A DNA stretch of 64,000 nt from an uncultured Gemmatimonadales bacterium (GTDB lineage Bacteria; Gemmatimonadota; Gemmatimonadetes; Gemmatimonadales; GWC2-71-9). A model generated the notes under the pieces. The model did not search any database, was not told the DNA's origin, and worked only from the letters and a program-made list of their open reading frames with translations. Location: positions 1 to 64,000 of the forward strand of contig CAWCVB010000005.1 of assembly GCA_963798915.1 (NCBI GenBank), given 5' to 3'. Below, piece after piece: positions 20,773 to 31,524 of this stretch. Within the stretch, counting starts at the first letter, position 1; each line of letters begins with the position of its first letter. Position numbers and translations under genes: made by a program.

Positions 20773-22699
20773 ATGATTTCCGTCTCCAATCTCGCCAAAG
20801 CATTCGGCGACCGGACGCTCTTTGCCGGCGCCGCCTTCCAGCTCCAGCCCGGCGAGCGCTACGGGCTGGTGGGCGCCAACGGCTCCGGCAAGACGACGCT
20901 GCTCCGCATCCTGACCGGCGACGAGCCGGCCACTGACGGCACCGTCTCCATGCCCAACCGCACCAGTCTCGGCGTGCTGCGGCAGGACCAGTTCCTCTAC
21001 GAGAACGAAGAAGTGCTGGCGGTCGCCATGCGCGGCAATGCCGAGCTGTGGCAGGCCATCGTCGAGAAGGAGCAGGTGCTGGCGCGCGCCGCCGAGCATT
21101 TCGATGCCGACCGCTACGCCCGGCTGGAAGACACGATCCTGCGGCACGACGGGTACGCCGCCGAGGCCCGCGCCGCCGAGATTCTCGAGGGACTGGGGCT
21201 GCCGGAGCCGGTGCACCGCCGGCCCATGTCCACCCTGTCCGGCGGCTTCAAGCTCAGGGTACTGCTGGCGCAGGCGCTCGCGGGCGGCCCCGACGCGCTG
21301 CTGCTGGACGAGCCCACCAACCACCTCGACATTCTCTCTATTCGATGGCTGGAAAAGTTCCTCCGCAACTTTGCCGGTCCGGTGGTGGTGATTTCGCATG
21401 ATCATCGCTTCCTGGATAACGTCGCCACCCACATCCTCGACGTGGATTACCAGACGGTCACGCTCTATCACGGCAACTACACCCGATTCCTGGAGACTCG
21501 GCGGGAGGAACGCGAGCGCCGGGAAAAGGCGATCGAGGCGCAGGAAAAGGAAATTGCGCATCATCAGCTGTTCGTGGACCGGTTCAAGGCCAAGGCCAGC
21601 AAGGCGCGCCAGGCCCAGAGCAAGCTGCGGCTGATCGAGAAGAAGACGGCGGAAATGGATTCACTGGCGCCGTCCTCCCGCCGCTGGCCCAACTTTCGAT
21701 TTACGCCCAGGCGTTCGAGCGGCCGCGAGGTGCTGGAACTCAAGGGCATACGGAAGTCCTACGGCGGGAACGAAGTGCTGCACGGCGTGGACCTGACGTT
21801 GATCCGGGGCGACCGGATGGCCATCCTGGGCCCCAACGGCATCGGGAAGTCCACCCTGCTCAAGATCGCCATGGGTGCGGCCGATGCCGACGCAGGCACG
21901 GTCACCTGGGGTTACGAGGCCCAGCCCGGCTACTTCGCGCAGGACCACAAGGACCAGTTCCGGAACGAGGCACTGACGGCGCTCCAGTGGATTGCCGAAG
22001 CGGCGCCGTCGGCGACGCCCGGAACGGTGCGCTCGGAGCTGGGACGGGTGCTCTTCAGCGGCGACGAAGCGGAAAAGCGGCTCGATGCGCTGTCGGGCGG
22101 GGAAGCAGCGAGGCTGGTCTTCTGCCGGCTTGCCGTGGAGCGGCCCAACGTGCTGGTCCTGGATGAGCCCACCAATCACCTGGATCTCGAATCAATCGAG
22201 GCGCTGGTCGAAACGCTCCAGTCCTACGAGGGAACCTTGGTCTTTGTGAGTCATGATCGCTGGTTCGTGGGACAGCTCGCCACGCGGATCGTCGAGATCA
22301 GGGCGCAGGGCATCCGCGATTACCAGGGCGGCTGGGACGATTATCTCGCCCAGTGTGGCGACGATCATCTCGATGCGGAGCGGGTGGTACTGGCGGCCAA
22401 GGTCGCCAGGACGGGCAAGGCGGGCAGGATGGGCAAGGCGGGCGGGGGAGACGGTGAAACCGCGTGCCGTGCCGTCAAACGAAAAGCAGCTGGCGGCCCA
22501 GCGCGATGCCATCACGGCGAAGATCGAGGCGGCCGAGCAGCGGCTGGGAGAAATTGACGCCAGGCTGAGCGATGTGGCGGGCTATCAGGCCTCGCGCGCG
22601 TCGGAATTCCATGAGCTCGGACGGGAACGCGCGTCGGTTGCCGGCGCGATCGAGCAGCTGATGGCGGAGTGGGAATCGGTGGAGCGGGAGATCGGGTAG
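20773..22699 (+). CDS. ABC-F family ATPase, frameshift near 22450
   Basis: Two NBDs (GANGSGKT/LSGG/DEPTNHLD; GPNGIGKS/LSGG/DEPTNHLD), no TM; C-terminal coiled coil LMAEWE continues in ORF 22253..22699. Confidence 0.9.
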
Positions 22700-22723
22700 G
22701 AGGCCCTCACGGGGCACGCCATA

Positions 22724-22901
22724 CCAGCATCGGGACGTGTGCCGGCGGTGGGGCCGGTCTGAGACCGGCCCCTACGGGCTTCGCCCTTTCCTCCCGCCTT
22801 GCCCGTCTCCCGTCTTCCCAGCATCGGGACGTGTGCCGGCGGTGGGGCCGGTCTGAGACCGGCCCCTACGGGCTTCGCCCTTTCCTCCCGCCTTGCCCGT
22901 C
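22724..22901. repeat. Two identical 84-bp direct repeats, each with a GGGGCCGGTCT-G-AGACCGGCCCCTAC hairpin
   Basis: 22724-22807 equals 22818-22901; period 94. Confidence 0.9.
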
Positions 22902-22934
22902 CTGTTGTCACTGCCCTATCCTACCATTATACCC

Positions 22935-24221
22935 ATGTCATCATCATCGCTCATTGCCGCCCTGGCCCTCCCGCTCGGCGTCCTCATCGGCTGGCTGCTT
23001 GCCCGGAGTGAGGCCAGTGGTCTCAAGGCCACCCTGGAATCGGAGCGGAAGGCCGCCGCCGCCCAGGCCACATTGCTCGACACCGCCGAGGCGCGCCTCC
23101 GCGAGGCCTTCTCGGCGCTATCAGCGGACGCGCTCAAGTCCAATAACCAGCAGTTCCTCGATTTGGCCACCGTTTCGCTCACCCGGTTCCAGGACAACGC
23201 CTCACAGGGACTTGAAGCCCGCGAGAAGGCGGTCGCTGCGCTGGTGAAGCCGCTGGAGGACAGTCTCAAGCGGATGGACGACAAACTGGGGCTGGTCGAG
23301 AAGGACCGCACCTCTGCGTACGCGGAACTCCGCACCCACATGGAACAGATGACGCTCAACCAGGTCAATCTCCAGACCGAGACCCGCCACCTGGTCTCGG
23401 CGCTGCGGACGCCACACATCCGCGGGAGCTGGGGCGAGATCCAGCTCCGCCGTGTGGTCGAGATGGCCGGCATGGTGGATCACTGCGATTTTGACGAACA
23501 GGTCTCCGCCTCTGACGGCGACGGCGGCCGGCTCCGGCCCGACATGATCATCCGGCTCCCGGGCGGCAAGTCCATCGTCGTTGATTCCAAAGCGCCCCTG
23601 GATGCGTACTTGCGGGCGATGGACGCGCCCGACGAAGACGCTCGCGCACGCTGTCTGGAGCAGCACGCGCGACAAGTGAAGACCCACATCAATCAGCTCG
23701 CCGCCAAGCGCTACTGGGACCAGTTTCCTGACGCGCCTGATTTCGTGGTGATGTTCCTGCCGGGAGAATCCTTCTTCAGCGCCGCGTGCCAGTGCGACCC
23801 AACCCTGGTGGACACTGCCGTGAGTGAATCGGTGATTCCGGCGAGCCCGACGACGCTGATCACGTTGCTGCGGACCATCCAGTTCGGCTGGCGGCAGGAA
23901 CGCATCGCCGAGAGCGCCGAGGAGATCAGCAAGCTGGGCCGCGAGCTGCACGAGCGGCTGCGCAGCTTCAGTCATCACCTCGCCGACTGCGGCAAGGGCA
24001 TCCAGCGCGCCATCACGTCGTACAACAATGCCATCGGTTCGTTCGAGAGCCGGGTGATGGTGTCGGCCCGCCGATTCCGCGAGCTGGGCGCGGGGACCGG
24101 GGAAGAAGTGGAGATGCTGGAACCGGTGCAGGAGACGCCCCGGGAGTGCAACGGGTCATCGGCCATCGGTCTTCAGTCGTCTGACGACCGACGACTGACG
24201 ACTGACGACTCTTCATGCTAG
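22935..24221 (+). CDS. rmuC: DNA recombination protein RmuC
   Basis: N-terminal TM, coiled coil, RGSWGEIQL, RPDMIIRLPGGKSIVVDSKAPL, DFVVMFLPGE, SPTTLI. Confidence 0.93.
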   Translation: MSSSSLIAALALPLGVLIGWLLARSEASGLKATLESERKAAAAQATLLDTAEARLREAFSALSADALKSNNQQFLDLATVSLTRFQDNASQGLEAREKAVAALVKPLEDSLKRMDDKLGLVEKDRTSAYAELRTHMEQMTLNQVNLQTETRHLVSALRTPHIRGSWGEIQLRRVVEMAGMVDHCDFDEQVSASDGDGGRLRPDMIIRLPGGKSIVVDSKAPLDAYLRAMDAPDEDARARCLEQHARQVKTHINQLAAKRYWDQFPDAPDFVVMFLPGESFFSAACQCDPTLVDTAVSESVIPASPTTLITLLRTIQFGWRQERIAESAEEISKLGRELHERLRSFSHHLADCGKGIQRAITSYNNAIGSFESRVMVSARRFRELGAGTGEEVEMLEPVQETPRECNGSSAIGLQSSDDRRLTTDDSSC

Positions 24222-27200
24222 CATCGCTCTCCACCCTCGACACCACCCACCCGCTCGCACGCAAGCTGCTGGTTGCGCCCGACATTGCCTGGGGCTGGGA
24301 GACGATCGTCGCGCTGGCGCGTCAGCGCCGGGGCCTCGTCGGGCTGGGAGGCCACCACGCTCCTGGGTCTCGCCGAAGATCTTGCGTTCACCGAGATGGG
24401 ACAGCACAGTCTCCGCCGCGCGAGCGATGTCGAGCTCACCATGCTGGTGGACCGGGCCCTCATGGAGCGCTGCACGGCAAAGGCCGTTGGCTCCGGCTTT
24501 GCCGCCCTGGCCACCGGCCTCGGCTTTCGCCGGGCCGTGAAGGATGCCGTGCTCACCCTGCGTACGGCGGGCGTGAGCGCGCAGCAGGTGCAATCGTCAG
24601 TCGAGCGGCATACGCCGGCGTGGGATGCCGCGGCAGTGCTCGCCGCATATGAGAATCTGCTCGCCCAATCCACACTGCTGGATCCCGCCGCGCTCCTCCG
24701 TCTCGCGATCGATCGGTTCGACGAGGAGGCGCGCCATGTGATGGTCGGCCACACCCTGCTTGCTGCTGAGCTGGCGCCGCACGGACTGGCACGGGCGCTC
24801 ATGGAGAAGCTGATTGCCGCCGGCGCCTCCGTACTGCCGGAGCCGCTCCCGCGTCACTCCACCGAGCCCGCTCGCAGCGGCGCCTCCGATCTCGATTTCT
24901 TCGTGGCTTCATCCCCATCAGCCGAACTTCTCGAGGTGCTGCGCCGGGTCGTCGAGGAAGGGCGACGGTGGGATGAAGTGGAAATCGTCGCCACCGACCG
25001 CGACACCTACGGGATTGCGCTCGATGCACTCTGCCAGCATAAGGCAATTCTCTGCACCCTGTTCGATGGCGTACCGCTGACGCGCACGCGCGTGGGCCGC
25101 GCGGCCGAGCGCTGGCTTGCGTGGATGGCGGACGGATTGCCGGCGGAGCTGGTTCGAGAAGCGCTGGAAGCCGGCGACGTCTCCATGTCCGCATCCCCAG
25201 AGCGATCCCCAGATTCCGCGGAGTACGCGGATGGATCCATGAAGAGCGCTGAGGCCGTGGTGTCGTTGCAGGCTCAACAACCTGCGGATGGCGCCGGGCA
25301 ATCTGTGCAATCCGTGAAATCTGTGGACCCGTTCAGGCGGCTGAAGATCGGTTGGGGCCGGCGTCGCTATGAGGAGGCCTGCGAACGGCTGCGCGGCGAT
25401 CATTTCACCAAGCGGATGTCCCGATGGGAGGATGAGGCGGACGCGGAGTACGCCGAGCGGCAGGCACGCCGCCGTACGGAGCTTGCACCGCTCTTGCCGT
25501 TTCTCGAGTGGCTCCTTTCGGTCACGCCACCCGTGCCTGAACTTGGTGCGCACGGCGAGGTTCCCTGCTCATGCGCGCGGCTTGCGAGGGCATTGCGCGC
25601 GCTGCTGGCGAGGATGCCGCTGCATGGTGACGCGGACCGGCGAGCCGCCAGGCGGCTGCGCGACCGGCTGTCCGAACTGGCGGAGGGCGACGACACTGAT
25701 GTCCGGTTCGCCATGGCCATGGCGGAACTGCGCGACGGCATCAGCGAGCTCCGCGCCTGGACCGAAGCGAGCCCGGCTGAGCGGCCGCGCTTCTCCTCCG
25801 GCGGCGCCCTTCACCTGACCGACGTTGCGCATGGCGGCACCACCGGCCGCCCCCGCGTCTTTGTGGTGGGGCTCGATGCCGATCGCACCGGCGGCAGCCG
25901 GGTGCAGGATCCGATCCTGTCCGACAGCGCTCGCCGCCTGATCGGTGCCGATCGCCTGCCCCTGAGCAGCGATCGGCGCGAGGAGGGTCGCTGGCAGCTC
26001 TCGGCGATGCTGGCCCGCATCACAGGGCGGCTCACGCTCTCGCTATCGACCGCCGATGACGGAGCGGGGGACACGGTGAACCCGGCGCATGTGGTGCTCG
26101 AACTCTTCCGCCAGCAGCAAGGCGATGAGTCGCTGGGATACGAGAAGCTCCACCAATCGCTGGGCGAACCGTGCTGCGCGGTCCCGCGCAACGGGTCCGC
26201 CTTTGACACGCGCGGCATCTGGCTCTCCGCCATTGCCGGCGGCTCAAGCGACTATCGCGATGGCACCGCGCTGGTGCGCGCGGCGTGGCCCCTGCTCGAC
26301 GCCGGGCTCACGGCGGCGGCTGCCCGGGCCGGCAGCGCCTTCTCCGCCTGGCAGGGCCTGGTTCCTGCCGCCGCGGGGCGGCTCGATCCACGCCAGAGCA
26401 CGGCGCCCATTTCGGCGACTTCGCTTGAACTGCTCTCGTCCTGTCCGCTGGCCTGGTTCTATCACTACGGCCTTGGCCTGCGGCCGCCCGAAGTCCAGGA
26501 GTATGACAGTGAATGCTGGCTGAGCCCGCTCGATCGCGGCTCGCTGCTGCACAGCGTCTACGAGCAGCTTGCCCGTGCCTATCAGGGTCGCCAGCCGGAG
26601 CTTCTCGACGATGCCGCACGCAGGGCGGCGCTGGCCATTGCTGACGCGCTCCTTCTGCAATACCGCGAGAACCTGGTTCCACCCAGTACGGCGGTATACG
26701 AGACGGAAGCGCGGGAAATTCGTGCCTCGACGCTCGCCTTCCTCGAGGGCGAACGCGACAATGCGTTGAGCGGGCGCACCACGTGGGAAGGTTTCGAGCT
26801 GGCCTTCCCGCGGAAGTCCCAGGCGCGGTTTCCGGTGGGCCAGGGCTCCATCCCGGTCCGGGGATTCATCGACCGGGTGGACCGCACCCGTGACGGCAAG
26901 CTCGTCGTCATCGACTACAAGACCGGCAGGCCTGACAGGTACCGGAAGGACAAGCATGACGGACCGTTCCGGGGCGGGCGGCACCTGCAGCCCGCCATCT
27001 ACGCCGCGGCCGCGCATCAGGAACTGAACGCCGAGGTGGCGCGCTTCGAGTATCGCTTTCCCACCGAGCGCGGCGAGAACAATGACGTCGCGTACGACGC
27101 CGCTGAACTTGGCGGCGCGAGTGCCATCGTGGCCGGCCTCATGCGGCACGTGGAGCTGGGGGAGTTTCCGCCCACCAACGACGCGGATGACTGCGCCTAT

Positions 27201-27335
27201 TGCGATTACGCGCCAGTGTGCCGGGCCTCGAACGACGGTCGTCGCACCACATCGCCACGCGCGGCGTGGGCCGAGCGCCAAGCGGAATCGCTGGAGCAAT
27301 ACCGCGACATGCTGGCGCGCCGAGCGGCCGAATGA
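24215..27335 (+). CDS. AddB-like protein: inactive helicase-like region plus Fe-S PD-(D/E)XK nuclease; frameshift near 24335
   Basis: SATSLE..CPLAWF, RGSLLH, GFIDRVD..VIDYKTG, LQPAIY, CAYCDYAPVC; start MLASL.. lies in another frame. Confidence 0.85.
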
Positions 27336-30300
27336 GCAGCAGCGTAACAGCCGACCAGCCCGATCGCGATCGCATCGAAACCGATCTGGAGACGAATCTC
27401 CTCGTCGAAGCGGGTGCGGGGTCCGGCAAGACCAGGGGATTGGTGGACCGCATGCTCGCGCTCATTGCCCGCGGCACGCCGGCCGACCAGATCGCCGCGG
27501 TCACCTTCACCCGGAAGGCCGCCGCCGAGCTGCGCGAGCGGTTCGAGGAGAAGCTCGAGCAACGCGGGCTGCCCGGCCGGGACCAGGCCTTCATCGGCAC
27601 CATCCACGCCTTCTGCGGGCGGTTGTTGCGTGAGCATCCGTTGGAGGCCGGCCTCGATCCGGGGTTCGAAGAGGTGGACGAGGAGGGCTGGCCGGTGCTG
27701 GTGCAGCATTTCTGGCGGCGCTGGCTCGAGCGGCTGCGCAGCGAGGACGATGCCGGGCTCCGCTCGGTCATCGAACTGGGGATTGATCCGCGCGACCTGG
27801 CGGCTGGCTTTGCCACGCTGGTCACATATCCCGATGTCACCTTCCCGTCCCCAGCGGTTGCGGCGCCGGATCCCGCGCATTGCCGGGAGCGGCTGCTGGC
27901 GCTGCTGGCAAGGACACGCGCGATGCTGCCCGGTGAGGAGCCGGACAACGGGTACGACTCCCTCCAGCGCACCTGTCGCCGGCTGGGCTTCTGGCAGCGG
28001 ACCCAGGACTGGAGTCACCTGCCGACCCTGGCTGCAGCCCTGGCATCACTGAGCGGCAAGAACTGCAGCGTCACCCAGAATCGCTGGGCCGACAAGACGC
28101 TGGCCAAGGCGCTGGGCGAGGAGTGGGCGGATTTCCTCACCGCTGAGGCCGACGTACTGCTCACGCAATGGCGCGAGCACTGCTACCACCCGGTCATGGC
28201 GCTCCTCACCCACGCCGCCGAAGCATTCAGCCGGGAGCGGATGCGAGCCGGCACCCTCGGCTTCGGCGACCTCCTGGTCGGAGCATCTCATCTCTTGCGT
28301 GGCAGCGCCCGCGCCCGTCGCGTGCTGGGGGAGCGCTTCCGTCACCTGCTGGTGGACGAGTTCCAGGATACCGATCCAATCCAGGCGGAAATCTGCTTCC
28401 TGCTGGCGTCCGATCCTTCCGAGGGCGTGGATTGGCGGCAGGTCACGCTGCGTCCCGGCGCCCTCTTCGTTGTGGGTGACCCGAAGCAGAGCATCTACCG
28501 GTTCCGGCGCGCCGACATCCAGACCTACGAGATGGTGAAGCGACGGATGGCCGAGCAAGGTGCGGTGCTCCGGCTCACCAGCAACTGGCGCTCGGTGCAC
28601 CCGATCGCGACGATGGTGGATGGCCACTTCGTGCGTCACTTCCCGGCGGATGGCTCGCCGGTGCAGGCGCCGTTTGCGCCACTCGCCACGGTGAATCCGC
28701 CTGCGGATGCCGACGGAGTTTTCTGCTATGGCGTGACACCGGCCGGGAACAACAAGGACGATATCCACGCCGAAGACGCCGCGCGCGTGGCATCGCTCCT
28801 CGCCGAACGCATCCGCAGCGGCAGGTACGTACCCTCGGATTTCCTGCTGCTCGCCATGAACCTCAAGTCCCTCGCACCCTACGCCAGGGAGCTTTCGGCG
28901 CGCAATGTTCCGGTCAGCGTTACCGGCGCGCCGCTGCCGCAGGAGGAGGAACTGGGCGAACTGCTCATCGTCCTCCGCGCGCTGGCTGATCCATCCAACC
29001 CGGTGCTGGTCGCGGCAGCGCTCGAAGGGCTCTGTTTCGGCCTCTCGCCCGCCGACCTCGACGCCGGCCGCTCGGCCGGGCTCGCGTTCACCGGGTGCGA
29101 GCCGCCGACGGAGGCGAACACCAGGTGTGGCCAGGCACTCGGGGTTCTGCATGAATGGTGGCAGGCGTCGCGGCGGATGCCGCCTGACCTTCTGCTGGAG
29201 CACCTGCTCGATGCCACCGGGCTGCTGCCGTACGCGGCGGGCCTCGCGCTTGGTGACGCTCGTGCCGGCGCGCTGCTGCATCTCGTCGAGCTGCTGCGGC
29301 GGGAAAGCGGAGCATCGGGTCTGTCGCTGCCGGGCGGGGTCGAGCTGATCGAGACGGCGTTGGACGCGTCGCGAGCCGAGACACCGCTCCGGCCCGGGCG
29401 GCGTGAATCGGTGCGGGTCATGAACCTGCACAAGGCCAAGGGACTCGAGGCGAGGGTCGTGATCCTGGTGGCGCCGGTGGCGCAGTCGGAGCACGCGCCA
29501 TCGGTACACGTGCGTCGGGACGGCGATGGTGCGGCGAGCGGCGGCATGCTCATCGCCGGAGACAGGACGGTCCTGGCCCAACCGGCAGGATGGCAGGAGA
29601 TGGCGGCGCGCGAAGCCGAATTTGCGGTGGCGGAACGGCAGCGCCTGCTCTATGTGGCTGCCACCCGGGCCAGAAGGGAGCTGATCGTCTCGCAGCTGGC
29701 CCTGCAACTGAAGACAAAGATGGCGGACGACAAGTCCTTCTGGGCGCCGTTTGCGGACGCCCTCACGGCGCACGCTGTGCGCCTGACGCTGCCAATGGAT
29801 GAGCCGGCCGGACGCGAGCAGCCGGTTGAGACGTCGGAACAGATCCGTGCGCGCTGTGCTGAGGCGAGGACGGCTCGCTCTCGCGCGGGAGTGACCGGTG
29901 TTCGGCTGACCTCGGTCACGCGCACCTTGCGTGAGGAGCGCGAGGATGGGCGGATGGATGGCAGTGCGCGCCGGGGTGCTGGGGCGGCATGGGGGCGGCT
30001 GGTGCACCGTGCCCTGGAGGCGATGGGGCGGGGGCGTGAGGGCTTGTCGCTCGAGCGCTACGTGCGCGCACTCGCGCGCGAGGAGCAGCCACTCTCAGCG
30101 CCACAGGAAGTCGAGGCGACGGTCGCCCGGGTGCTGGCTCAGGTGCGACGCATGCATGAGGACGCCTCTTGGCAGCGCCTCGCCGCTGCCACCGACCGCG
30201 CGTTCGAGCTGCCGATTCTGACGGTGGAGCGCGAGGGGGACATGGATGTCATCACCCAGGGCATTGCCGATGCGGCGGCCCTGGTGGAGGGTGAGTGGCT

Positions 30301-30454
30301 GATCTTCGACTGGAAGACCGACCATGCGGACGACACCACATGGAGGCATCGGGAAGCAGAATACCGCCGGCAGGTGGATGCGTACGCGCGCATGATCGAG
30401 CTGCGCTCGGGTGTATCGGCGCGGGGCGAGGTCGTTCGAGTGCAGGAGACCTGA
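27332..30454 (+). CDS. AddA-like UvrD/SF1A helicase with C-terminal nuclease
   Basis: EAGAGSGKT, TFTRKAA, TIHAFC, VDEFQDT, VGDPKQSIYRFR, HKAKGLE, LLYVAATRA, GIAD..IFDWKTD; ATGA overlap with the upstream gene. Confidence 0.92.
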   Translation: MSSSVTADQPDRDRIETDLETNLLVEAGAGSGKTRGLVDRMLALIARGTPADQIAAVTFTRKAAAELRERFEEKLEQRGLPGRDQAFIGTIHAFCGRLLREHPLEAGLDPGFEEVDEEGWPVLVQHFWRRWLERLRSEDDAGLRSVIELGIDPRDLAAGFATLVTYPDVTFPSPAVAAPDPAHCRERLLALLARTRAMLPGEEPDNGYDSLQRTCRRLGFWQRTQDWSHLPTLAAALASLSGKNCSVTQNRWADKTLAKALGEEWADFLTAEADVLLTQWREHCYHPVMALLTHAAEAFSRERMRAGTLGFGDLLVGASHLLRGSARARRVLGERFRHLLVDEFQDTDPIQAEICFLLASDPSEGVDWRQVTLRPGALFVVGDPKQSIYRFRRADIQTYEMVKRRMAEQGAVLRLTSNWRSVHPIATMVDGHFVRHFPADGSPVQAPFAPLATVNPPADADGVFCYGVTPAGNNKDDIHAEDAARVASLLAERIRSGRYVPSDFLLLAMNLKSLAPYARELSARNVPVSVTGAPLPQEEELGELLIVLRALADPSNPVLVAAALEGLCFGLSPADLDAGRSAGLAFTGCEPPTEANTRCGQALGVLHEWWQASRRMPPDLLLEHLLDATGLLPYAAGLALGDARAGALLHLVELLRRESGASGLSLPGGVELIETALDASRAETPLRPGRRESVRVMNLHKAKGLEARVVILVAPVAQSEHAPSVHVRRDGDGAASGGMLIAGDRTVLAQPAGWQEMAAREAEFAVAERQRLLYVAATRARRELIVSQLALQLKTKMADDKSFWAPFADALTAHAVRLTLPMDEPAGREQPVETSEQIRARCAEARTARSRAGVTGVRLTSVTRTLREEREDGRMDGSARRGAGAAWGRLVHRALEAMGRGREGLSLERYVRALAREEQPLSAPQEVEATVARVLAQVRRMHEDASWQRLAAATDRAFELPILTVEREGDMDVITQGIADAAALVEGEWLIFDWKTDHADDTTWRHREAEYRRQVDAYARMIELRSGVSARGEVVRVQET

Positions 30455-31524
30455 TGGCGGGCACCAGACTGCAGCGATGGATGGATCTCCTGGCGGCACT
30501 GCTGCGGCGCCGCTATCCCGTCACGTTTGATGAATTGCGACAGGATGTTCCCGCCTACAGTGGCACGCCGGAGAGCGTCCGGCGGATGTTTGAGCGCGAC
30601 AAGGACGACCTGCGCCAGTTTGGCATTCCGATCGAGACGGTGAGGGAAGACGGCGACGTGCTGGGCTACCGGCTCCGCGCACGCGATTTCTACATGCCCT
30701 ACCTGGCGGTGGTCGACGCGGAACGACGCACCGAGCCGGCTCGCGTCAACCGGGATGGCTTTCGTGGGCTGGAACTGCTCGCCTTCACCGCCGATGAGCT
30801 CGCGGCGATCGCCGAAGGCGCGCGGCAGGTGCTGCACCTGGGAGACGACGATCTCGCCGGCGACGCGGGCTCGGCGCTCCGAAAACTGGCCGTGGACCTG
30901 CCGATGGATGGCGTGGAGCACGCGTCCAGCCGGGAGCGTGTCGTGCCGGCGACGGCACGCCACGACGAGGCCGTGCTCGACGAACTGGCGGACGCGATGG
31001 AGCGCCGGAAGCGGGTGAGCTTTGACTATGCCTCGGTGGCCACGGCCGCCATGACCCACCGCACAGTCGAGCCGCTGGGTCTCTTCTACCTCAGCCATCA
31101 TTGGTATCTCGCCGCCCGGGAACCGGGCGAGGAACTGGTCAAGAATTTCCGGGTGAGCCGCATGACGAGCGCGCACGCCAATGGCCACCGGCCCGGAAGT
31201 CCCGATTTCGATCGACCGCAGGGATTCGATCTTCGCATGCACGCGCGCCAGCGGAACACCTGGGAGCTGGGCGATGGCAACTGGCTGGAGGCCGTGGTCG
31301 CCATCACCAGCCGCTCCGGTGCGGCGGACGCCGCCGCGCAGCTCGGCGCCGAGGTGCCTGGCGAGGCGGCGCAGCGGACCTATCAGGTGCGCCGCTTGGA
31401 CGCGTTCGTCCGGTGGATGCTGCCGCTCGCCGGGCAGGTGACACCGATTTCGCCACCGGAACTCATCGAGGCATGGCACGACGCCGTGCGGGACACGCTC
31501 GCACTCTACCAGGGCACCGCATGA
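30454..31524 (+). CDS. HTH-WYL-WCX regulator, PafB-like
   Basis: RRMFERDKDDLRQFGIPIE (PafB-type), RTVEPLGL..HWYL..NFRVSRM; TGATG overlap. Confidence 0.88.
   Translation: MAGTRLQRWMDLLAALLRRRYPVTFDELRQDVPAYSGTPESVRRMFERDKDDLRQFGIPIETVREDGDVLGYRLRARDFYMPYLAVVDAERRTEPARVNRDGFRGLELLAFTADELAAIAEGARQVLHLGDDDLAGDAGSALRKLAVDLPMDGVEHASSRERVVPATARHDEAVLDELADAMERRKRVSFDYASVATAAMTHRTVEPLGLFYLSHHWYLAAREPGEELVKNFRVSRMTSAHANGHRPGSPDFDRPQGFDLRMHARQRNTWELGDGNWLEAVVAITSRSGAADAAAQLGAEVPGEAAQRTYQVRRLDAFVRWMLPLAGQVTPISPPELIEAWHDAVRDTLALYQGTA

Noticed and set aside
26400..27335. Cas4 call for the Fe-S PD-(D/E)XK domain
   Set aside because: It is the C-terminus of a ~1040-aa protein coupled to a UvrD helicase, which is AddB architecture; no cas1/cas2 or array
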